Numbered from the stretch's first letter, positions 9,658-19,295 are shown. The stretch: DNA of 53,815 nt from an uncultured Gammaproteobacteria bacterium (GCA_964412685.1 CAYPPS010000001.1:11835-65649); one strand, 5' to 3'. Program-made: numbers and translations. Notes: generated from the letters alone by a model not told the origin.

Positions 9658-11982
9658 TTATAGGTCTTTTTTGTCTTCTTGGGAAGACGGGATTTGGGCT
9701 TGGGCGCAAGGAGGAATCTGGGTTTCTTGGAAAAACCATTCTTCTTTGGTGAGACAATTGGAGCAAGGCAGAGTTCCATTTTGGGCACAGATGGCCACTT
9801 TTTTTATTCCTTCGGGAATAGGGAAAGGTTGGTCGGGAATTTTTTCCAAAGTAAGTCGGGTAATTTGATTCCAAATTGGTGAGGCTCCGGTGACTCCAGA
9901 TGCAACTCGGCTCATGGGAGCATTGTCGTTGTTGCCCACCCAAGCAGCAACCAGGAAGTCGGTAGTGTAACCAATTGTCCAGTTGTCCCTCAAGTTTTGA
10001 GTGGTGCCAGTCTTAACAGCCACGTTCGGATGACCATCTATGTTTAAAAGAGAATTGGGACCAAAGGCGGGTGTTCTTGCCCAGTTATCTTTGAGAATGT
10101 CAGTCAACATAAAAGCGATTTTTTCGTCGAGAACTTTTTCTTGTCTTTCTACGAGAGTTTTTTGAGTGTGATGTAGGATTTTACCGTTGGCATTTTTAAC
10201 CAACAGAAGCGGATCAAGCTCGGTTTTGACGCCCTGATTGGCCAAAGTGCCGTAAGCAACCGCCAGATCAACCATCTTGATTTCTCCGCCGCCCAAGGTT
10301 AAAGAAAGACCAAAACGGGAAGGATCATCCCAATTGCTGATGCCCATCTTTTGACCCATTTCCACCATTCGTTCGACTCCAAAAGCGGCCAGAACTTTAA
10401 CTGCGGGGACATTGTAGGAAGAAGCCAGGGCGACTCTTAAGGGAATCGAGCCATGAAAACGATCATCGTAATTTCTGGGCGAATAAGATTCAGAGTAGGG
10501 TAATTGGTAAGTGATCGGAGTGTCGGAAATAATGGTTGCAGGTGAAAAACCATTACTTAAGGCGACGGCGTAGTTAATAATCTTAATAGTTGAACCTGGT
10601 TGGCGTTCTCTTAAAGTGATGTTGACATTGCCATCGATGTTGGTGTCGAAATAATTCTTTGAACCGACCATGGCGAAAACTTCGCCGGTTTGGGGATTGG
10701 TAATTAAAGCACTCCCGTTGGAAACGTTCAAACGACCGATTTTTTCCACCTCTCTGCTAACTACCTCTTCCGCTTCTTCTTGAAGCGGCAGATCAAGTGA
10801 GGTAAGAACTTCGAGCCCGCCTTCTTCAACCATTCTTTGGCCAAATTCTTCTACCAAAAGTTCTTTAACCCACAAGACAAAATGAGGAGCTTTGATGATG
10901 TTTTTATTTGGAGCAAAGACCATTTCTTGGTTCAAAGCTTTTTCCTCCTCGCTTTTGCCGATGAAACTTTCTTGGTACATTCTCCTTAAGACCAAAGCTT
11001 GTCTTTCTTTGGCCAATTCGGGGTGAGCCCCGAAAGGAGAATAACGAGTCGGTGAGGCCGGTAAGCCAGCCAAAAGAGCACTCTGGGCGAGATCTAAATC
11101 TTGAACGCTTTTGCCAAAATATTTTTGAGCTGCTTCTTCCGCTCCATAAGCGGTTCCACCATAAGGAACCTCGTTAAAATACATTTGAAGAATCTCGTCT
11201 TTAGTAAAAAGTCTTTCCACTAGAACAGCAAGAATAATTTCTTTCACTTTTCGCCTCAAGGTCTTTTCGGGCGAGAGAAGAGTGTTTTTAACCAATTGCT
11301 GAGTGATAGTTGAACCACCTTCGCTTTTGCCCTCCTTGAGGTTGGCCAGGGCGGCTCGACTGATACCTTTAAGAGAGAAACCGTGATGTTGGTAGAACTC
11401 AGCATCTTCGATGGCGACGGTAGCTTGAATCAGACTGAGAGGGATTTCGTCCAGATCAACTAGAGTTCGGTTCTGTTGACGATAAATTTTATAAAGCAAT
11501 TGATTATTACGATCGTAAATTTTAGTCGACAAGATCTGCCTGCGTTCAATTAATTGAGAAGGGTCAGGCAAATCATAAACGATCCAGTAAGAGAAACCGC
11601 CCAGAGAGATAAGGCAGAAAAAAACTAACCAGAGATAAACAGGAACCTTTTTGAAAACACAAAAAGGCTTGAATAGAAAAGAGAATCTTAATCTTCTTTG
11701 AGGATAGACTAAAACAACTCTCTTTTTAGAGAAAATAAAACTTTTTCTGAAGAACAAAACAAGCAGGCTGATGATTTTGATTAGCAAACTCACCACTTTG
11801 ATTATTTGTTGCCCTAAAAATCTAAAAGGCAGCCAAAAAAAATCAAACGAGATCTTTTGAGCACCAAGATAGACGGGACCAGCCAGAGAAGAGACGGTTA
11901 ATAGTATGAGGAAAAAGGGTCTTCCGATAAGAAAAAGGAGGTAGGTAGGGGTTTTTGGGACGATTTGTTTACCCTTGACCAT
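9658..11982 (-). CDS. bifunctional penicillin-binding protein 1A (transglycosylase/transpeptidase)
   Basis: 774 aa. GT51 motifs EDAEFYQHHG, GGSTITQQL and RKVKE. Transpeptidase motifs PGSTIK (SxxK), SSYN and KTGTT. It carries an unusual ~120-aa hydrophobic N-terminal extension. Confidence 0.92.
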   Translation of the reverse strand: MVKGKQIVPKTPTYLLFLIGRPFFLILLTVSSLAGPVYLGAQKISFDFFWLPFRFLGQQIIKVVSLLIKIISLLVLFFRKSFIFSKKRVVLVYPQRRLRFSFLFKPFCVFKKVPVYLWLVFFCLISLGGFSYWIVYDLPDPSQLIERRQILSTKIYDRNNQLLYKIYRQQNRTLVDLDEIPLSLIQATVAIEDAEFYQHHGFSLKGISRAALANLKEGKSEGGSTITQQLVKNTLLSPEKTLRRKVKEIILAVLVERLFTKDEILQMYFNEVPYGGTAYGAEEAAQKYFGKSVQDLDLAQSALLAGLPASPTRYSPFGAHPELAKERQALVLRRMYQESFIGKSEEEKALNQEMVFAPNKNIIKAPHFVLWVKELLVEEFGQRMVEEGGLEVLTSLDLPLQEEAEEVVSREVEKIGRLNVSNGSALITNPQTGEVFAMVGSKNYFDTNIDGNVNITLRERQPGSTIKIINYAVALSNGFSPATIISDTPITYQLPYSESYSPRNYDDRFHGSIPLRVALASSYNVPAVKVLAAFGVERMVEMGQKMGISNWDDPSRFGLSLTLGGGEIKMVDLAVAYGTLANQGVKTELDPLLLVKNANGKILHHTQKTLVERQEKVLDEKIAFMLTDILKDNWARTPAFGPNSLLNIDGHPNVAVKTGTTQNLRDNWTIGYTTDFLVAAWVGNNDNAPMSRVASGVTGASPIWNQITRLTLEKIPDQPFPIPEGIKKVAICAQNGTLPCSNCLTKEEWFFQETQIPPCAQAQIPSSQEDKKDL

Positions 11983-11988
11983 AGTTTA

Positions 11989-11997
11989 ATTTTATCA
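11989..11997 (-). promoter_or_regulatory. extended -10 element (TGaTAAAAT) 6 nt upstream of the PBP1A ATG
   Basis: The minus strand reads cTGaTAAAATtaaactATG, with no SD between the -10 and the start codon. Confidence 0.45.
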
Positions 11998-12025
11998 GGT
12001 GCCTGGGTTTTTAGGAAGAGGATGT

Positions 12026-14263
12026 TTATTCTTCGCTTTCATCGAGTTGTTTTGTTTCTGAAGGGGGATTAATTTGACTGGGGTAAATGGTTTGGGCCTG
12101 AGTGGGGAAAGTGCAATCTAAACAAAAAGGGCTATTCAAAGGGTCGTAAATGACTTGCTTTTCTTGCAGTTCTTTGTTTTCCGGCAGAGTATCTTTCGTT
12201 ACCAGCTCATTGGTGGTTTTATCAATTTCCACTGAAGCTTTAAGATTTTCTAGGTTGGGCAAATTATCCTGATCGAAATATTCGAACCTGGTCGGGCAAG
12301 GATTGTCCGGGTTGGGTAAAAAGCCACTCAGGGCACAAACTTGTCGACCGACAACGTTTTCCGGTTTGGGCGGCCAGCTTTCTTTTTTATCCTTTAAAGC
12401 ATGAGAAATGATTTCATTCCAAATCGGTGAAGCCCCAGTGACCCCGGAGACAACATAGCTCATCGGTGAATTGTCATTGTTGCCAACCCAGGTAACAACC
12501 AAAACACTCGGTGTCCAACCAATCGTCCAATTGTCTCTTAAATCATTAGTGGTGCCGGTTTTGACTGAGACTTCAGGATGATTTTTGACTCTCAATGAAG
12601 AACTGGACCCAAAAGCGGCTGATCGAGCGTTGTTATCCAAGAGAACGTGATTGATCAGGTAAGCAGTTTCCATTTTTAAAACTCGAGGCGCTTCTTTGGT
12701 TTGATGCTTGAAGACCTCTTCGCCTTTTAAGTTAACGACTCGTTCAATCGCCCAAATTTCTTGTTTGATGCCCAAATTAGCGAAAGCAGAAAAAGCGGTT
12801 GCCATATCAACCATCTTGACTTCGCCACCCCCCAGGGTGAGAGAAAGACCATAATTATCTGGATTTTTAAAAGTAGTGATGCCCATTTCGGTTGCTTTGT
12901 CGACGAAATCGGTTAAGCCGTTTAAAACCAGAACTTTGACGGCGGGAATATTAAAAGAATTTCCCAAAGCAAAACGAGCTTGGACTGGGCCATGAAATTG
13001 ATTGTCATAATTAACCGGACAATAAGCTTTTTGACCTTCAACCAGAAAGCAACTGGAAACATCGTTTAAGACGGTCGAAAGAGTGATCACTCCTTTTTCC
13101 AAGCCTAAAGCGTAATTAAGAGGTTTGATTGAAGAACCCGGTTGTCGCTGTCGTAAAGTGACGTTGACCTTGCCATCGATATCGTCATCAAAATAATCTT
13201 CGGAACCAATCATGCTTAAGATTTCTCCGGTTCCCGGATTGGTTACCAGGGCAGCCCCGTTGGAAATTTTCTTACTCTTCAGTTGGGCCACTTCACTAGC
13301 AACGGTCGTTTGAGCGAAATTTTGCAGATCCAAATCCAAAGTGGTGTAAACTTTTAGACCTCCTTGTTCGACTAAATGCTCACCGAATTCTTCGACCAAT
13401 AGTTCTTTGACCCACAAGACGAAATGGGGAGCGTTAATGTTCGTCCCTGAATTAGCGTAATTAAGCTCTTCGTCGAATGCTTGATCGGCTTCTTCTTGAG
13501 AAAGATAGCCATCTTCAACCATTCGATCTAAAACTCTTTTTTGTCTTTCTTTGGCCAGTTCTGGATGGGCGCCAAAAGGAGAGTATCTGGTGGGAGAAAC
13601 TGGTAGTCCGGACAGCAAGGCGCCTTCAGCCAAGCTTAAATCCTGGGCGTTTTTGTCAAAGTAAGTTTGAGCGGCTGCTTCCACCCCCCAGGCAGTTCCG
13701 CCATAAGGAACTTGATTGAAATACATTTGCAAAATCTCATCTTTGGAATAAACGATTTCTGTTACCAAGGTCAAAACTGCTTCCCGGATTTTTCTTTTAA
13801 TCGTTCGGTCAGGGGAAAGAAGGGCATTCTTGACCAATTGTTGGGTAATAGTCGAACCACCTTGAAGAGTACCCTTGAAAGAAGTGTTGTAAATGGCTCT
13901 AAAAATGCCGCCAAAATCAAAACCGTGATGGGAATAAAAGTTTTTATCTTCGGAAGCAATGGTCGCTTTTTTTAAATAGTCAGGCAATTCTTCCAAAGTT
14001 ACCGGTACCCGATTTTTATCGGCGTAGATTTCATAGAGCAATTTGCCTTGACGGTCGTAAATAAGAGTTGAAGAAGGGAAGTTTCTCGCATCTTTCAATT
14101 GACTTGGCGAAGGCAAGTCTTGGAAGAGGTAAAAAGAAATGATGATTAAAATGACAAACGATAAGGATAAAGCCCAAAAAATCTTTCTCCGGAACAGTTT
14201 TTTAAAAAAGTTCTTGGTTCCAGCTATCCGGCTGATTGTTTGCTCGGTTTTCTTTTTGGTCAT
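12026..14263 (-). CDS. bifunctional penicillin-binding protein 1A, second paralog
   Basis: Motifs EDKNFYSHHG, GGSTITQQL, PGSSIK, NSFN and KTGTT. I prefer the ATG at 14263 (MTKKK...) to the TTG at 14284 used in the track. Confidence 0.9.
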   Translation of the reverse strand: MTKKKTEQTISRIAGTKNFFKKLFRRKIFWALSLSFVILIIISFYLFQDLPSPSQLKDARNFPSSTLIYDRQGKLLYEIYADKNRVPVTLEELPDYLKKATIASEDKNFYSHHGFDFGGIFRAIYNTSFKGTLQGGSTITQQLVKNALLSPDRTIKRKIREAVLTLVTEIVYSKDEILQMYFNQVPYGGTAWGVEAAAQTYFDKNAQDLSLAEGALLSGLPVSPTRYSPFGAHPELAKERQKRVLDRMVEDGYLSQEEADQAFDEELNYANSGTNINAPHFVLWVKELLVEEFGEHLVEQGGLKVYTTLDLDLQNFAQTTVASEVAQLKSKKISNGAALVTNPGTGEILSMIGSEDYFDDDIDGKVNVTLRQRQPGSSIKPLNYALGLEKGVITLSTVLNDVSSCFLVEGQKAYCPVNYDNQFHGPVQARFALGNSFNIPAVKVLVLNGLTDFVDKATEMGITTFKNPDNYGLSLTLGGGEVKMVDMATAFSAFANLGIKQEIWAIERVVNLKGEEVFKHQTKEAPRVLKMETAYLINHVLLDNNARSAAFGSSSSLRVKNHPEVSVKTGTTNDLRDNWTIGWTPSVLVVTWVGNNDNSPMSYVVSGVTGASPIWNEIISHALKDKKESWPPKPENVVGRQVCALSGFLPNPDNPCPTRFEYFDQDNLPNLENLKASVEIDKTTNELVTKDTLPENKELQEKQVIYDPLNSPFCLDCTFPTQAQTIYPSQINPPSETKQLDESEE

Positions 14264-14301
14264 AACGATTTGAAAACTTGTCAATCCATTTTACATCATT
14301 T

Positions 14302-14994
14302 ATGATGAAATTAAGTTTTATGATCTGGCAACGTCTTTTTCGTCGCAATCAGCTTTCAGCTCGACATGTTTTCTTTCTTTTTTCTTTCATTTTTATTCTT
14401 TGGGCCTTCTATCGTTACTTTCCCAATTTGCTTTCTGACTGGGCCGAAGAAGCGATTTTGAAACCTTTAATTTGGCTGTTGCCGACTTTTTGGATTGTTA
14501 GATTTGTGGAAAAAGAAAAACTTTCTTCGTTAGGGATTACCAGGAAAAATCTGAAACTGGCGATTACTTGGGGGTTAGGGCTAGGAATAGTTTTTGCTTT
14601 GGAAGGTTTTCTTATCAACGTGATCAAATATCGCCAGGTGGGGGAAAGCCAGCTTGCTTTGGATCCAGAAATCTTTTTGAGATTGTTTGTTCTTTCTTTC
14701 ATTATTGCTGTCTCTGAAGAAATCGTTTTTCGCGGCTACATCTTTAATCGTTTCTTGGCTCTCTGGAAGAACGAGTGGAAAGCGAATATTGTTTCTTCAC
14801 TTCTTTTTGTGATTGTCCATTTACCGGTGGGCATTTTCACTTTAGGATATAGTTCGTCAGTTATGTTGTTTTACCTTTTCTTGATTTTTGTTTATGGTTT
14901 TGGAGCGGCCTTTGTCTTTGCCCGTAGTCGAAATATCGTCGCTCCAATTTTACTTCATGTCCTTTGGGCTTGGCCGATTATCCTTTTCAATTAA
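14302..14994 (+). CDS. CPBP-family intramembrane glutamic endopeptidase (CAAX protease-like)
   Basis: Polytopic membrane protein with SEEIVFRGY (EExxxR), FVIVH and LLHVLWAW motifs. The ATG at 14302 is preferred to the TTG at 14278. Confidence 0.75.
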   Translation: MMKLSFMIWQRLFRRNQLSARHVFFLFSFIFILWAFYRYFPNLLSDWAEEAILKPLIWLLPTFWIVRFVEKEKLSSLGITRKNLKLAITWGLGLGIVFALEGFLINVIKYRQVGESQLALDPEIFLRLFVLSFIIAVSEEIVFRGYIFNRFLALWKNEWKANIVSSLLFVIVHLPVGIFTLGYSSSVMLFYLFLIFVYGFGAAFVFARSRNIVAPILLHVLWAWPIILFN

Positions 14995-15049
14995 GGGAAG
15001 GGTTGGATACGATGAAAGAATTGAGTTACAATAAAACCAATCTTACAAA

Positions 15050-15667
15050 ATGAAACAGAAGAAAAAGAAATTCAATTACCCAGGAATCTTGTTTGCTTTT
15101 TTGAGCCTCTTTTTCGCTACCAGTATTCTTTTTGCTTCTATCTGGAAAGCCTCGGCTCAAAATGTGATTCGGGGAGATCAATATCGAGTTGTGGTTGATC
15201 TTCAATCTTCTCTCGAAGGGGATAATCAACTGGACGGACAAGAAGAAACTGACTACTTTTTGGCCTATCCGGGAATTTTACCCGACCACCCTCTTTACCC
15301 AATCAAAGTTTTAAGAGATCAGATTTGGTTGTTTTTATCAAGCGGTTCTAAAGTTAAAGCCGAGAAGCAATTGCTTTTTGCCGACAAAAGAATTTCCGCA
15401 GCCTTGCAATTGATGGAAAAGGGAAAACCTCAATCGGCAACGGAAACTTCTCTTAAAGCGGAATATTATTTGCTTTCAGCGAGTGAGACTTTGTCTAGTT
15501 TGGAAAAAGAAGAATCTCAGGGCTTGAAGCTTAAATTTCTTCAAGCCGCAATGAAACACGAACAAGTCTTAATATCTTTGCAAACGGGGATAGAAGGCGA
15601 AGGAGGAGAAATTGACCAAGCTTTGGGAATAAATTCACAAGCAAAAGAAATCTTAAACCAAAATTGA
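15050..15667 (+). CDS. secreted or membrane-anchored DUF5667-like protein
   Basis: 205 aa with an N-terminal signal/anchor. The PGILPDHPLYPIKVLRD segment resembles the DUF5667 signature, followed by a helical C-terminal part. Confidence 0.5.
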   Translation: MKQKKKKFNYPGILFAFLSLFFATSILFASIWKASAQNVIRGDQYRVVVDLQSSLEGDNQLDGQEETDYFLAYPGILPDHPLYPIKVLRDQIWLFLSSGSKVKAEKQLLFADKRISAALQLMEKGKPQSATETSLKAEYYLLSASETLSSLEKEESQGLKLKFLQAAMKHEQVLISLQTGIEGEGGEIDQALGINSQAKEILNQN

Positions 15668-15692
15668 TCGGGTTTGTCTCTTTAATTGCTAG

Positions 15693-15723
15693 TTGACACC
15701 CCTCAAGGGGAAATTGATAAGAT
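15693..15723 (+). promoter_or_regulatory. candidate sigma70-type promoter for nrdJ
   Basis: TTGACA at 15693-15698. Then either 17 nt to GATAAG or 19 nt to TGaTAAGAT. This would leave a ~65-nt leader containing the palindrome CTGCCCGGGCAG. Confidence 0.4.
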
Positions 15724-15795
15724 AAAACTGTTTTTCTGCCCGGGCAGGTGGAATACCTTCCAAAAACAATTAGTTTTTAAGTTAACTCTTAGAAA

Positions 15796-18700
15796 ATGGC
15801 TAAAAGAAAAGCTCCTCGTGGCTTTGCCAGAGGAAAATGGACAGAATCATCGCTAAAATTTTTGCATGAACGTTATCTAGCCAAAGATGGTCTAGGTCGT
15901 GAAGTGGAAACTCCGGAAGGAATGGTTTGGCGAGTTGCTTCTCAAATCGCCGGAATAGAAACTAACTTTGGCAAGTCGAGTAAAGAGATCAAGCAATTGG
16001 CGAAAAACTATTATGATTTAATGGTTTCTCGTTTTTTTATGCCCAATTCACCCACCTTGATAAATGCCGGCAAAGATGACGGTTTACAATATTCAGCTTG
16101 TTTTGTTTTGCCCGTCGAAGATTCGATTGAAGCCATTTTTGAAGCGATTAAAAATGCGGCCTTGATCCACAAGAGCGGTGGGGGTACCGGCTTTTCCTTT
16201 TCTCGATTGAGACCTAAAGGGAGTATCGTTCGTTCCACTTCCGGGGTTGCTTCCGGTCCGGTTTCTTTTATGAGAGTCTTTGATTCGGCCACTAATGAGA
16301 TCAAACAAGGGGGAACTCGGCGAGGAGCCAACATGGGTGTCCTCCGAATCGACCACCCGGACATTTTAGGATTCATTGAATCCAAAGCCAAGGGAGGCAT
16401 TACCAATTTTAATATCTCGGTGGCGATGACCGACGAATTTATCAAGGCGGTCAAAAAAGACGGTAGTTACTGGCTAATCGAGCCACACGGAAAAAAGAAG
16501 ATTAAGAAATTAAAAGCGAAACAGGTTTTTAAAAAGATCGTTGAACAAGCTTGGAAAACTGGCGATCCGGGAGTTCTTTTTATTGATCGGGTTAACAAGA
16601 GCCGGGCCAATCCGGTTCCTTCTCAAGGTCCGATTGAAGCGACCAATCCCTGTGTTGTCGGTTCAACTTTAATTGCTACCGAAAAAGGGCTTATTAAGAT
16701 AAAAGATTTAGTTGTTGACAAAATGAAAGTGAAAGTTGTCACTGACGATCGAGTTGTGGGTGAGTCGGGCTTATCGACGAGGAGTTTAACAAGATACATT
16801 GACAATGGAGTAAAAGAGATATGGCGATTGCAGACAAAATCAGGCTATGGGCTCACCGCCACGGCTGATCATAAAATTATGACCACTCAAGGCTGGATTC
16901 CTTTGGGTCAGCTTAAAGTAAGGGAAAGTAAGGTTTTAATTCAAGCAGGTGAGGGCAACTTTAACCAGAGTTTTGCTCTGCCGTTTGTTCCTGTGAACGA
17001 AATCAAAGGTCAAAACGGTAAGATATCACGTTTTAATTTTCCGACCAAATGGTCTGAGCAGTTAGGGCAAGTTTTGGGTTGGTTGGTTGGCGACGGCTGG
17101 CTGCGCCAGGGGGACAAAAATTGCCGAGTTGGTTTCAGTTTTGGTAAAGATGACAAGCCTATACTAGATCACTTGAAACCCATTATTAATAACTGGCACG
17201 GTCGAGAAATCCAAGAAATTGAAAGAGAAAATGGAGTCTGGCATCTTTCCTATCATCGTCAGGGCTTCGTCGATTTTTTTACCAAATTAGGTGTGAAGCC
17301 GGTTAAAGCAGGGGAAAAAGAAGTCCCCGAGGCACTTTTTGCTGCTCCGCGTGAGGTAGTGATTGGATTTTTACAAGGACTTTTTAGTGCCGATGGGACA
17401 GTGAATTTTTTAGAAGGTCGAAACGCATATGTCCGCCTAACTTCGAAATCGAGTAAGTTACTTAAACAAGTCCAATTATTACTTTTGAATTTAGGCATAC
17501 CGACTCAAATTTATAATCGCTCACGACCTGTTAGGAAAAGCCTGTTTCAATATGAAACAAAAGATGGTACCCAAAAAAACTATCAATCAGACGGGGTCCT
17601 TTTTGAACTGGGAATTTCTCGCCAGCCGGTGGTCGCTTTTCTAAATGAAATTGGTTTTTTGGTTGGTAAGCATGAACATAAAGTAAAGAAGCTTTTGGAT
17701 AAGAGGTATTACCGTAAAGATTACAGCGATGAGGTTATTTCAATTGAATCGGCAGGGAAAGAAAAAGTTTTTGATTTGACTGAACCAGCAACCTCTTCCT
17801 ATATTGCCAATGGCCTGGTGATCTCAAATTGCGGTGAACAACCACTTTATTCCAATGAAGCCTGTAATTTGGGCAGTTTGAATTTAGCCCGCTTTCTTAA
17901 TAAAAAAAAGGACGACCTAGATTGGCACTTACTTAAAGAAAAGGTTCATTTATCGGTTCGTTTTCTTGACGATGTGATTGAGGCCAATCCTTTCCCCTTG
18001 AAACAGATTGATCGGATGGTGAGACTTAACCGGCGAATTGGTTTGGGAGTGATGGGTTGGGCGGATTTACTTTTCGAATTGGAAATCCCTTATGCTTCCC
18101 CCAAAGCTTTAAGATTGGCGGAGAAGACAATCAAGTTTATTCAAAAAGAGGCTCACTTAGCCAGTCAAAACCTAGCTCAAGAAAGAGGCGCCTTTCCTAA
18201 TTTTAAAAAGAGTATTTACAAAGACGGGAAACCGCTTCGAAACGCCACCCTAACGACAATCGCTCCTTCCGGTTCAATTTCCGTTATTACTGGTTGTTCT
18301 TCGGGGATAGAGCCTATCTTTGCTCTTTGTTTTAAACATCGAACTGAGGAACGCGAGCTTACTTTTATTAATCCTTACTTTAAAGGAATTGCCAAAAAGC
18401 TTGGTTTAAATTCCGATGTTTGGGAGAAGATTGAGGCTCAAGGTAATCTGGAAGGAATCGGAGAGGTTCCCAAGAAGATAAGGAAAATTTTTGTCACGGC
18501 TCATGAAGTGGCCTGGCAAGATCACATTGCCACGCAAGCCGTTTTCCAAAAAGGAACCGACAACGCCGTTTCCAAAACCATTAATCTTCCCCACCAGGCA
18601 ACTCAAAAAGACGTTCATCAATCTTACCTTAAAGCCCATGAAACCGGTTGTATGGGAGTGACTGTTTTTCGTGACGGTTGCAAACAAGAACAAGTGCTTT

Positions 18701-19284
18701 ATTCCGGCTTGAAAGAAAAGGAGAAACCAGTCGTTGAAATAGACAAAAGTGACACTGCTCGGCTTAAAGTTAAATCTCGACCAAAAGTGGTCAGCGGAAA
18801 AACTTATCGGATTGTTACCCCGGTGGGAACGGCGTTTGTGACGGTAAATACTAATGGCAACAATGAACCTTTAGAAGTTTTTGTCAATGTGGGTAAAGCC
18901 GGTTCGGCAATTATGGCCGACGCTGAGGCGATTGGTCGTTTAATCTCTTTGAGCTTGAAAGTGGCTTCGCCTTATCCGACGAAAGAGGTTTTGTGGCAGG
19001 TAATTGATCAGTTAAACGGAATTAGTGGCGGAGACAGCGTTGGTTTTGGCAAGGATCGGATTTTGTCTTTGGCCGATGGAGTTGCCCACGTTTTGAGCGA
19101 GTACTATCAGGAAGAGGCTCAAAAATTGTTAAACCCAAAGGGAGAAGTCTCGCCAGTAGTCCAACAACCCAGTTTGCTTTCTCAAAGTAAAAGAAGAGAT
19201 CTTTGTCCGGATTGCGGTCGAGCCTCTTTAATCTTTCAAGAAGGCTGTGCCAAATGCCTTTATTGCGGCTACAATAAGTGTTAA
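15796..19284 (+). CDS. nrdJ: adenosylcobalamin-dependent (class II) ribonucleotide reductase, intein-containing precursor
   Basis: 1162-aa ORF. The exteins carry class II RNR motifs: the ...ATNP|CGEQPL finger loop once the insert is removed, and a C-terminal Cys-rich tail, CPDCG...CAKCLYCG. The extein total of ~769 aa fits a monomeric NrdJ. Confidence 0.9.
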   Translation: MAKRKAPRGFARGKWTESSLKFLHERYLAKDGLGREVETPEGMVWRVASQIAGIETNFGKSSKEIKQLAKNYYDLMVSRFFMPNSPTLINAGKDDGLQYSACFVLPVEDSIEAIFEAIKNAALIHKSGGGTGFSFSRLRPKGSIVRSTSGVASGPVSFMRVFDSATNEIKQGGTRRGANMGVLRIDHPDILGFIESKAKGGITNFNISVAMTDEFIKAVKKDGSYWLIEPHGKKKIKKLKAKQVFKKIVEQAWKTGDPGVLFIDRVNKSRANPVPSQGPIEATNPCVVGSTLIATEKGLIKIKDLVVDKMKVKVVTDDRVVGESGLSTRSLTRYIDNGVKEIWRLQTKSGYGLTATADHKIMTTQGWIPLGQLKVRESKVLIQAGEGNFNQSFALPFVPVNEIKGQNGKISRFNFPTKWSEQLGQVLGWLVGDGWLRQGDKNCRVGFSFGKDDKPILDHLKPIINNWHGREIQEIERENGVWHLSYHRQGFVDFFTKLGVKPVKAGEKEVPEALFAAPREVVIGFLQGLFSADGTVNFLEGRNAYVRLTSKSSKLLKQVQLLLLNLGIPTQIYNRSRPVRKSLFQYETKDGTQKNYQSDGVLFELGISRQPVVAFLNEIGFLVGKHEHKVKKLLDKRYYRKDYSDEVISIESAGKEKVFDLTEPATSSYIANGLVISNCGEQPLYSNEACNLGSLNLARFLNKKKDDLDWHLLKEKVHLSVRFLDDVIEANPFPLKQIDRMVRLNRRIGLGVMGWADLLFELEIPYASPKALRLAEKTIKFIQKEAHLASQNLAQERGAFPNFKKSIYKDGKPLRNATLTTIAPSGSISVITGCSSGIEPIFALCFKHRTEERELTFINPYFKGIAKKLGLNSDVWEKIEAQGNLEGIGEVPKKIRKIFVTAHEVAWQDHIATQAVFQKGTDNAVSKTINLPHQATQKDVHQSYLKAHETGCMGVTVFRDGCKQEQVLYSGLKEKEKPVVEIDKSDTARLKVKSRPKVVSGKTYRIVTPVGTAFVTVNTNGNNEPLEVFVNVGKAGSAIMADAEAIGRLISLSLKVASPYPTKEVLWQVIDQLNGISGGDSVGFGKDRILSLADGVAHVLSEYYQEEAQKLLNPKGEVSPVVQQPSLLSQSKRRDLCPDCGRASLIFQEGCAKCLYCGYNKC
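16651..17829 (+). mobile_element. intein (393 aa) with a LAGLIDADG homing-endonuclease domain
   Basis: Starts with Cys (CVVGSTLIA, block A). Block B is TATADHKIMT. Two LAGLIDADG motifs are present (LGWLVGDGWL and IGFLQGLFSADGTV). It ends ...GLVISN, followed by the +1 Cys of CGEQ. Removing it restores NPCGEQ. Confidence 0.88.
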
Positions 19285-19295
19285 ACTGAATCATT

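Noticed and set aside
9600-9943. ORFs at 9600-9788, 9608-9943, 9671-9868 and 9679-9882 around the end of PBP1A
   Set aside because: All overlap the C-terminal coding region of the 774-aa PBP in other frames, and none has a motif or an RBS.
15699-15795. Whether a cobalamin riboswitch or NrdR box lies upstream of nrdJ
   Set aside because: The leader of ~65-100 nt is too short for a B12 riboswitch, and I could not see a B12 box. No AT-rich NrdR-type palindrome pair is present.
16011-16454. 147-aa antisense ORF, and others at 16093-16356, 16623-16805, 17259-17498, 18406-18693 and 19022-19294
   Set aside because: All lie entirely inside the well-supported nrdJ/intein reading frame on the opposite strand. 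They have no RBS or promoter and give low-complexity translations. They are typical shadow ORFs.
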